DNA from: Cupriavidus necator
GTDB lineage: Bacteria > Pseudomonadota > Gammaproteobacteria > Burkholderiales > Burkholderiaceae
Length of the DNA stretch: 32,000 bases
Assembly: GCF_016127575.1 (NCBI RefSeq)
Contig: NZ_CP066019.1
Span: 1,590,001 to 1,622,000 of the forward strand
Reading direction: 5' to 3'
The first letter of the stretch is position 1; each line of letters begins with the position of its first letter. Made by a program: the position numbers and the translations under genes. Positions 26,139 to 32,000 of the stretch are shown here, piece by piece. Under the pieces are notes generated by a model. The model did no database searches, was not told the origin of the DNA, and was given only the letters and a program-made list of their open reading frames with translations.

Positions 26139-26153
26139 TATCACACTGTGATA
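26139..26153 (+). promoter_or_regulatory. perfect palindrome (candidate autoregulatory operator) just upstream of the two-gene cassette
   Basis: TATCACA-C-TGTGATA ends 8 nt before ATG 26162. It is preceded by a -10-like TATACT (26133-38). No Shine-Dalgarno sequence is visible, which implies a very short leader. Confidence 0.5.
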
Positions 26154-26161
26154 GCATACCT

Positions 26162-26515
26162 ATGCGCGACCGTAGCCTCGACACACTATTGGACCTGGAT
26201 GGGCTCCGCTTCGTCATGGATGACGAAAGCTTGCATTGGGTGAAAATCGTGGTGCGCACCTGCGCTGTCTCGCAGGAACGCCCTCACGGACTGAGGTATT
26301 CGCTGACACTGCATGACAGGATTGGCTGCCGTTTGCTTGGCTTTGACAATGCGCACGGCATCAATGAGGGATCCGGGCCAGGAGTGCGGACGCGCATTGA
26401 ATACGACCACCAGCACATGGCGGCGGGCGTTCGATTCTACGGCTACCACGATGCTTCCACGTTGCTGGAAGATTTCTGGACAGAGGTCGACAAGATCCTG
26501 CAGCAAAAGGAGTGA
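26162..26515 (+). CDS. small protein, DUF6516/TumE-like candidate toxin (tentative)
   Basis: 117-aa ORF in a lower-GC islet. 'LRYSLTLHDRIGCRLLGFDNAHGI....EYDHQH' resembles the 'Y..H....G.L..R.DNAPHH....HHKH' pattern I recall for DUF6516-type proteins, which pair with COG4190-type regulators. The stop abuts the next start. Confidence 0.55.
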   Translation: MRDRSLDTLLDLDGLRFVMDDESLHWVKIVVRTCAVSQERPHGLRYSLTLHDRIGCRLLGFDNAHGINEGSGPGVRTRIEYDHQHMAAGVRFYGYHDASTLLEDFWTEVDKILQQKE

Positions 26516-26881
26516 ATGATGAGCGGCAACCTCAAGATTGGCATCGCCTCACTGGACGACTTCAAGGCCCGCACCATGGCGATCGCCCGCGGCAAACTCA
26601 AGCCCGGAAAGGATGAGCCCAAGGTCTGGTTTCAATCGCTGGACGTGCTGGCAAAGGTCCTGTCCCCAGCCAATCGCCAATTGCTTGCGCTGATCGCGGA
26701 AACGAATCCTGAATCGCTCGAAGAGCTATCGCAAAAAACCGGACGGGCCGTGTCGAACCTGTCGCGGACACTCCGCACGATGGAGGGCTATGGCTTGATT
26801 CACTTTGAACAAGGGCCACGCCGCAGGCTTGCTCCGCGCGTTGACTACAGCGGCGTGGAGCTTGAGCTTGCTTTTCACTAG
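26516..26881 (+). CDS. winged-helix DNA-binding protein (COG4190 / HVO_A0114-like), candidate antitoxin/regulator
   Basis: 121 aa. 'NRQLLALIAETNPESLEELSQKTGRAVSNLSRTLRTMEGYGLI' is a clear wHTH. The N-terminal 'IASLDDFKARTMAIARG' and C-terminal 'PRVDYSGVELEL' match the architecture I recall for this family. The ATG follows the upstream TGA directly. Confidence 0.7.
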   Translation: MMSGNLKIGIASLDDFKARTMAIARGKLKPGKDEPKVWFQSLDVLAKVLSPANRQLLALIAETNPESLEELSQKTGRAVSNLSRTLRTMEGYGLIHFEQGPRRRLAPRVDYSGVELELAFH

Positions 26882-27041
26882 CGTCCGCTGACATGATTGG
26901 CTGCATGGCCCGCGCGCTTGCCACTACAGCAGGAACGCCGGCCACAGCAGCTGCCCGGGGTTGAGCGCCGCGAAACTGCTGCTCTTGAGCAGGCGGCAAT
27001 GTCCGGGCGGCAAATACTCTCAACGACGCGATCACCCCGAG

Positions 27042-27058
27042 CCATGCGCCACGCGCAT
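27042..27058 (+). promoter_or_regulatory. LysR-type T-N11-A dyad (candidate regulator binding site)
   Basis: CATGCGC-CAC-GCGCATG is a perfect 7-bp inverted repeat that contains T-N11-A (TGCGCCACGCGCA). It lies ~130 nt upstream of the MHS transporter start. Confidence 0.4.
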
Positions 27059-27188
27059 GCATTCATGCGGAGATATCGCTACCGTCTGCGCCCCGCCTTC
27101 TCCTAACATCAGCTGCACCATCTGCCCGGCCGGCCTGAGACGACACCGGCCCTTGCCCCCGGCAGCTGTCACAGAGGAGGAAACACCC

Positions 27189-28514
27189 ATGCAAAACAGC
27201 GCTGCGCCAACGAGCGCGCCCTACACACCGGCTGCGCCAGCGGCGCCCGCCATCCAGCCCAGCCAGCGCCGCCGCGCCATCATCGCGACGGTGATCGGCA
27301 ATGGCCTGGAATGGTTCGATTTCACCGTCTACAGCTTCTTCGCGGTCATCATCGCGAAGCTGTTCTTTCCCACCGGCGACGACCTCAGCTCGCTGCTGCT
27401 GGCCGTGGCCACCTTCGGCGTGGGCTTCTTCATGCGCCCGGTGGGCGGCATCGTGCTGGGCATCTACGCCGACCGCGTGGGCCGCAAGGCGGCACTGTCG
27501 CTGACCATCCTGCTGATGGCGCTCGGCACCACGCTGATCGGCATTGCGCCCACATACGACCAGATCGGCCTCTTCGCCCCGCTGCTGATCGTGGTGGCGC
27601 GCCTGATGCAGGGCTTCTCCGCCGGCGGCGAGATGGGCGGCGCCACCGCCTTCCTGACCGAGTACGCCCCGGCGCGCCAGCGTGCCTACTACTCCAGCTG
27701 GATCCAGGCCAGCATCGGCGTGGCCGTGCTGCTGGGCGCGGCGGTGGGCACCTTCGTCACCAGTTCGCTGAGCACCGAGGCACTCAACAGCTGGGGCTGG
27801 CGCCTGCCGTTCCTGCTGGGCATCGTGATCGGCCCGGTGGGCTACTACATCCGCCACCACCTCGATGAAACCCCGACCTTCCGCGACAACGCCGAGCGCG
27901 CCGATTCACCGCTCAAGGAAATCGTGCAGGCCTACCCGCGCGAGACCCTGGCCAGCTTCTCGATGGTGATCCTGTGGACGGTGTGCACCTATGTGCTGCT
28001 GTTCTACATGCCGACCTACGCGGTCAAGGTGCTGAAGGTGCCGCAGGCCGATGGCTTTATCGCCGGCATGGCGGGCGGCAGTGCCATCATGGTGTTCGCG
28101 CCGCTGGTGGGCCTGCTGGCCGACCGCATCGGCCGGCGCGTGCTGCTGAGCGGCTCGGCGCTGCTGATCCTGGTGCTGGCGTGGCCGATGTTCGCGTATA
28201 TCAACCATGCGCCCGGCCTGGCTTCGCTGCTGGTATTCCAGCTGGTGTTCGGCGTGCTGATCGCCACCTATACCGGCCCGATCCTGGCGGCGTTCTCCGA
28301 ACTGTTCCCGGCGCGCGTGCTGTCGACCGGCCTGTCGGTGGCCTACAACTTCGCGGTGACGATCTTCGGTGGCTTTGCCTCGTTCATCATCACCTGGCTG
28401 ATCGCCACCACCGGCAGCAGCATGGCCCCGGCCATCTACGTGATGATCGCCGCCGCCATCAGCCTGGTCGGCACCCGCTTCGTGCGCGAACCTTCCTACC
28501 TGCAACAACGCTGA
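27189..28514 (+). CDS. MFS transporter, metabolite:H+ symporter (MHS) family
   Basis: 'GNGLEWFDFTVYSFF' and 'DRVGRKAALSLTILLMALGT' are typical of MHS (ProP/KgtP-like) carriers. GAGGAGGA lies upstream of ATG 27189. The track extension from TTG 26961 is not protein-like. Confidence 0.85.
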   Translation: MQNSAAPTSAPYTPAAPAAPAIQPSQRRRAIIATVIGNGLEWFDFTVYSFFAVIIAKLFFPTGDDLSSLLLAVATFGVGFFMRPVGGIVLGIYADRVGRKAALSLTILLMALGTTLIGIAPTYDQIGLFAPLLIVVARLMQGFSAGGEMGGATAFLTEYAPARQRAYYSSWIQASIGVAVLLGAAVGTFVTSSLSTEALNSWGWRLPFLLGIVIGPVGYYIRHHLDETPTFRDNAERADSPLKEIVQAYPRETLASFSMVILWTVCTYVLLFYMPTYAVKVLKVPQADGFIAGMAGGSAIMVFAPLVGLLADRIGRRVLLSGSALLILVLAWPMFAYINHAPGLASLLVFQLVFGVLIATYTGPILAAFSELFPARVLSTGLSVAYNFAVTIFGGFASFIITWLIATTGSSMAPAIYVMIAAAISLVGTRFVREPSYLQQR

Positions 28515-28515
28515 C

Positions 28516-29754
28516 ATGTCCCAGAGTCCCCAGATCCTTTTCCACGGCGGCGATGTGCTCGAACCCGCCACGGGCGAGCTCCTGCGCGGCCACGATGTCC
28601 TGGTTGAAGGCGAGCGCATTGCCGCGGTCGGCCCGGCCATCGATGCCCCCAACGCACAGCGCATCGACGCGCGCGGCAAGACCGTGATGCCCGGCCTGAT
28701 CGACTGCCACGTGCATGTGCTGGCCTCGCTGGCCAACCTCGGCCTGAACGCGGTGCAGCCCAACGTGCTGGTGGCGATCCGCGCGCTGCCGATCATGCAG
28801 CGCATGCTGGAGCGCGGCTTCACCACCGTGCGCGATGCCGGCGGCGCCGATTGGGGCCTGTCGCAGGCGGTTGCCACCGGGCTGGTGCCGGGGCCGCGCA
28901 TCTTTGCGTCGGGCAAGGCACTGTCGCAGACCGGCGGCCATGGTGATTTCCGTCCGCGCTCGGATGTGCTGGAGCCCTGTTCGTGTGCCTTCCGCGCCGG
29001 TGCCATCGCGCGCGTGGTGGATGGCGTCGATGCCGTGCGCCTAGCCGTGCGCGAAGAAATCCAGAAGGGCGCCAGCCAGATCAAGATCATGGCCTCGGGC
29101 GGCGTGGCCTCGCCTACCGACCCGATCGGCAACACCCAGTACAGCGAAGACGAGATCCGCGCGATCGTTGCCGAAGCCGAAGCCGCACAGACCTATGTGA
29201 TGGCCCACGCCTACACCGGCCGCGCCATCACGCGCGCGGTGCGCTGTGGCGTGCGCACCATCGAGCACGGCAACCTGGTCGACCGCGACAGCGCCGACGA
29301 GATGCGCAGGCACGGCGCCTTCGTGGTGCCGACGCTGGTCACCTACGACGCGCTTGCGCGCGACGGCGCCCGCCTGGGCCTGCCGGCCGACTCCGTGGCC
29401 AAGATCGAGACCGTGCGCCAGGCCGGCCGCGACTCGCTGCGCATCTATGCCGATGCCGGCGTGCCGATGGGCTATGGCTCGGACCTGCTGGGCGAGATGC
29501 ACGACCACCAGGCCGAAGAGTTCCGCATCCGCGCCGATCTGCTCGGCAATCTGGAAGCGATCCGCTCGGCCACCTCGATCGCGGCCGCCATCCTGCAGCG
29601 CGAAGGCGAGCTTGGCACCGTGCGCGCCGGCGCGCTGGCCGACCTGCTGCTGGTCGACGGCAATCCGCTGGCCGATATCGGCCTGATCGCCGGCCAGGGC
29701 GAGCGCCTGAGCGTGGTGATGCAGGCCGGCCGCATCCACCGCCGCGCCGGCTGA
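28516..29754 (+). CDS. amidohydrolase-superfamily metal-dependent hydrolase (COG1228-like)
   Basis: HxH motif 'PGLIDCHVHV', 'QIKIMASGGV' (candidate carboxylated Lys), 'VMAHAY', 'TIEHG' and 'GYGSDL'. The start lies 1 nt after the transporter stop. Confidence 0.85.
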   Translation: MSQSPQILFHGGDVLEPATGELLRGHDVLVEGERIAAVGPAIDAPNAQRIDARGKTVMPGLIDCHVHVLASLANLGLNAVQPNVLVAIRALPIMQRMLERGFTTVRDAGGADWGLSQAVATGLVPGPRIFASGKALSQTGGHGDFRPRSDVLEPCSCAFRAGAIARVVDGVDAVRLAVREEIQKGASQIKIMASGGVASPTDPIGNTQYSEDEIRAIVAEAEAAQTYVMAHAYTGRAITRAVRCGVRTIEHGNLVDRDSADEMRRHGAFVVPTLVTYDALARDGARLGLPADSVAKIETVRQAGRDSLRIYADAGVPMGYGSDLLGEMHDHQAEEFRIRADLLGNLEAIRSATSIAAAILQREGELGTVRAGALADLLLVDGNPLADIGLIAGQGERLSVVMQAGRIHRRAG

Positions 29755-29836
29755 TCCGGGCGGCGCGCCCCTCCCGCTGGCCTCCATCTGGATGCGCCGG
29801 CGGTCTATCATGGCGGCTTCTCTGACCGGAAACCCC

Positions 29837-30742
29837 ATGCGCATTTCCCCGCTCCCGCCCCTGCCCAACCTGGTCGCGTTTGAAGCCGCGATGCGCCACG
29901 GCAGCTTCACCCGCGCCGCGGCCGAACTGCACCTGACCCAAAGCGCGATCAGCCGCCAGGTGGCCCAGCTGGAAGACTTTCTCGGGCGCAAGCTCTTTAT
30001 CCGCGAACCGCGCGCGCTGCGCCTGACCGTCAGTGGCCAGCGCTATGCCGAGGTGGTGCAGCGCCTGCTGGTGGGCTGCGCCGAAGCGACCGAAGACGTG
30101 ATGAAGGTGCGCAGCCATACCGCCCTGACGGTGGCGTGCTCCAGCGGCGTGGCGGTGCTGTGGCTGACGCCGCGGCTGGCCTCGTTCCGCGAGGCGCACC
30201 CCGAGATCCAGCTGCGCCTGACCGTCAACGACAGCCTGGCGTCGCTGTCGCCGGCGGAGTTCGATATCGGCATGTACTACCTGCGCGAGGGCCCGCCGCC
30301 GGGACTGGCAGCACGACGGCTGTATGGCGAGGAAGTGTTCCCGGTGTGCGCGCCGGGCTACCTGAACGGCCGCACGCTGGCCCCGGCCGCGCTGGCCAAT
30401 GAAACGCTGCTGATGCTCGACGACGGCCAGCGCCAGTGGATGTCCTGGCAGACCTGGCTGGCCAACCAGGGCCTGCCCGACGCCACGCTGCGCAACGTGC
30501 TCACCTCCAACCAGTACCCGATCCTGCTGCAGCTGGCCATGGAAGGCCATGGCATCGTACTGGGCTGGCGCCATATGATCGACGCCTGCCTGCGCGAAGG
30601 CCTGCTGGTGCGCGCCAGCGAGGCCAGCGCCAGCCTGGGCGGCGGCTACTACGCGGTGTGGCCGCGCGACCGGATGGAACCGGCCGCGGCGCGCGCGTTC
30701 CGCAGCTGGCTGGTGCGGCAGGCGACGCCTGCACCAGCCTGA
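29837..30742 (+). CDS. LysR-family transcriptional regulator (GcvA-like subgroup)
   Basis: HTH 'LPNLVAFEAAMRHGSFTRAAAELHLTQSAISRQVAQLE'. The first 15 codons of the track ORF (29792) are probably not translated; ATG 29837 gives a typical LysR N-terminus. Confidence 0.85.
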   Translation: MRISPLPPLPNLVAFEAAMRHGSFTRAAAELHLTQSAISRQVAQLEDFLGRKLFIREPRALRLTVSGQRYAEVVQRLLVGCAEATEDVMKVRSHTALTVACSSGVAVLWLTPRLASFREAHPEIQLRLTVNDSLASLSPAEFDIGMYYLREGPPPGLAARRLYGEEVFPVCAPGYLNGRTLAPAALANETLLMLDDGQRQWMSWQTWLANQGLPDATLRNVLTSNQYPILLQLAMEGHGIVLGWRHMIDACLREGLLVRASEASASLGGGYYAVWPRDRMEPAAARAFRSWLVRQATPAPA

Positions 30743-30746
30743 TCGC

Positions 30747-31718
30747 TCAGGAACCCGCCTTGTAGTTCGTATCCTTGACGATCTTCGCCCACCTTGCCGC
30801 ATCCTCGGCAATGGTCGCGGCAAACTGCTCCGGCGTGCCGCCCACCACCTCATAGTCGATCGCTGCCAGGCGCTGCTTGATCTCGGGCTGCGCCAGGATG
30901 CGGTTCACCTCCTGGTTCAGCCGCGTGACGATTTCCTTGGGCGTGCCAGCCGGTGCCAGCAGCCCCGCCCAGGAATTGAAGGCCATGCCGTCATAGCCGG
31001 CCTCATGCATGGTCGGCACGTCCGGCAGCGCGGGCGAGCGCTTGGACGCGAACACCGCCAGCGGACGCAGCTTGCCGGCCTTGATCATCGCCATGCCGTT
31101 GAACGGGTCGATGGTCATGTCGACCTCGCCTGCCACCACTGCCTGCATCTGCGGCCCGGTGCCGCGGTAAGACACGCTGACGACGTCCGGCGTGCCCGCC
31201 GCGGACTTGAAGGTGGCGCCGATCAGCTCGATCATGCTGCTGCCGGCCGACAGGCTCAGCGGCTTGGTCTTGGACTTGGCCAGCGCCACGAACTCCTGCA
31301 CGGTCTTGGCCGGCACCGACGGATGGACCACCATCACGAAGCCGATATTGCTGATCTGCGAGATCGGCGCAAAGCTCTTCAGCGGCTCATAGCCCGCCTT
31401 GTACAGCACCGGGCTGAGGGTCTGCGCGCCGGCGCTGTTCAGCAGCAGGGTGTAGCCGTCCGGCGCCGCGCGCGCCACGATGTCCGTGCCGATGATGCCG
31501 TTGGCTCCGGGACGGTTTTCCACCACCACCGACTGCTTGAGCGCTTCGCCCAGCTTCTGCGAAATCAGCCGCGCCACCACGTCTGTGGCCCCGCCTGGCG
31601 CAAACGGCACCACCATGCGGATCGGCTTGCTGGGATAGGTGTCACTCCAGGCCAACGCGGGCATCGCGCCCAGCATGGCGGCGCACAGCATCAGGCGGCG
31701 GCGCAAGTTCGGTTTCAT
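30747..31718 (-). CDS. Bug-family (TctC-like) tripartite tricarboxylate transporter substrate-binding protein
   Basis: Signal peptide 'MKPNLRRRLMLCAAMLGAMPALA' and the hallmark 'YPSKPIRMVVPFAPGGATDVVAR'. AGGAGA lies upstream of ATG 31718. The track extension to 31787 is unlikely. Confidence 0.85.
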   Translation of the reverse strand: MKPNLRRRLMLCAAMLGAMPALAWSDTYPSKPIRMVVPFAPGGATDVVARLISQKLGEALKQSVVVENRPGANGIIGTDIVARAAPDGYTLLLNSAGAQTLSPVLYKAGYEPLKSFAPISQISNIGFVMVVHPSVPAKTVQEFVALAKSKTKPLSLSAGSSMIELIGATFKSAAGTPDVVSVSYRGTGPQMQAVVAGEVDMTIDPFNGMAMIKAGKLRPLAVFASKRSPALPDVPTMHEAGYDGMAFNSWAGLLAPAGTPKEIVTRLNQEVNRILAQPEIKQRLAAIDYEVVGGTPEQFAATIAEDAARWAKIVKDTNYKAGS

Positions 31719-31789
31719 CGGGTTGTCTCCTGGACGGCGGTTGTCGGAAGCCGGCACCGGCATGGCCAGCCATGGCTGCACCTGCATTT

Positions 31790-31805
31790 ATTCATAGTTG
31801 TGAAT
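31790..31805. promoter_or_regulatory. inverted repeat upstream of the Bug-family gene
   Basis: ATTCA-TAGTTG-TGAAT lies in the AT-rich patch ~70 nt upstream (minus-strand sense) of the Bug gene start. Confidence 0.3.
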
Positions 31806-31953
31806 TGGATTTTACCCACATAAATTACCCCGTCAACCGAGGGTATGTGCGGACAGGCGGCCGACCGTGACACTGACGGTACCGACCCCGCCGGAAGTGC
31901 AGGCGAAGGACGCGGCCAACACGGTCTGCACCTGAGCCGCTGGGTTCAATCAT

Positions 31954-31985
31954 GCAAGAAGGGACGCCAAGGCGTCCCTTCTTGC
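31954..31985. terminator. 15-bp perfect hairpin (probable terminator of a gene outside the window)
   Basis: GCAAGAAGGGACGCC-AA-GGCGTCCCTTCTTGC. There is no U-tract on either strand, and the strand cannot be assigned from this window. Confidence 0.45.
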
Positions 31986-32000
31986 TACTGCTTCCGAACC

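Noticed and set aside
27906-30853. Minus-strand ORFs 27906-29135 (409 aa), 29041-29991 (316 aa) and 29339-30853 (504 aa)
   Set aside because: They are antisense to the MHS transporter, the amidohydrolase and the LysR genes, all of which have clear motifs. Their composition is typical of GC artefacts.

Overview
High-GC betaproteobacterial DNA. The gene content points to Cupriavidus/Ralstonia: a Bug/TctC-type binding protein, REP-like GGGAGAGG hairpins, and an frcRACB-zwf-pgi-frcK arrangement that I recall from Cupriavidus necator chromosome 2. That assignment is from memory and unverified. I support about 24 protein-coding genes and found no rRNA, tRNA or CRISPR array by eye.

Left to right:
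- putative polysaccharide pyruvyl transferase
- OFA-family MFS transporter (minus strand)
- ~1 kb AT-rich, repeat-rich, ORF-poor spacer with an orphan minus-strand terminator
- 507-aa Fic/AMPylase-like protein
- split DipZ-like CcdA plus thioredoxin-like pair
- TonB-dependent receptor behind a Fur-like box
- NCS2 nucleobase permease with a long structured leader
- M23 peptidase
- small zinc-ribbon protein
- internal IS110 transposase remnant flanked by REP hairpins
- class D (OXA-type) beta-lactamase, divergently paired with a ~560-aa uncharacterised regulator-like protein
- lipoprotein of unknown function
- complete fructose ABC uptake / Entner-Doudoroff feeder cluster (ROK regulator, ATPase, permease, binding protein, zwf, pgi, PfkB kinase)
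- lower-GC islet with an abutting two-gene toxin-antitoxin-like cassette
- MHS transporter, amidohydrolase and LysR module
- Bug-family binding protein (minus strand)

The most interesting loci are the OXA plus large divergent regulator pair, the repeat-rich spacer with the orphan terminator next to fic, the atypical Fic protein, and the TA-like cassette. Many long antisense ORFs in the track are high-GC artefacts. All coordinates of hairpins and repeats were counted by hand. All family calls rest on motifs visible in the translations, not on searches.
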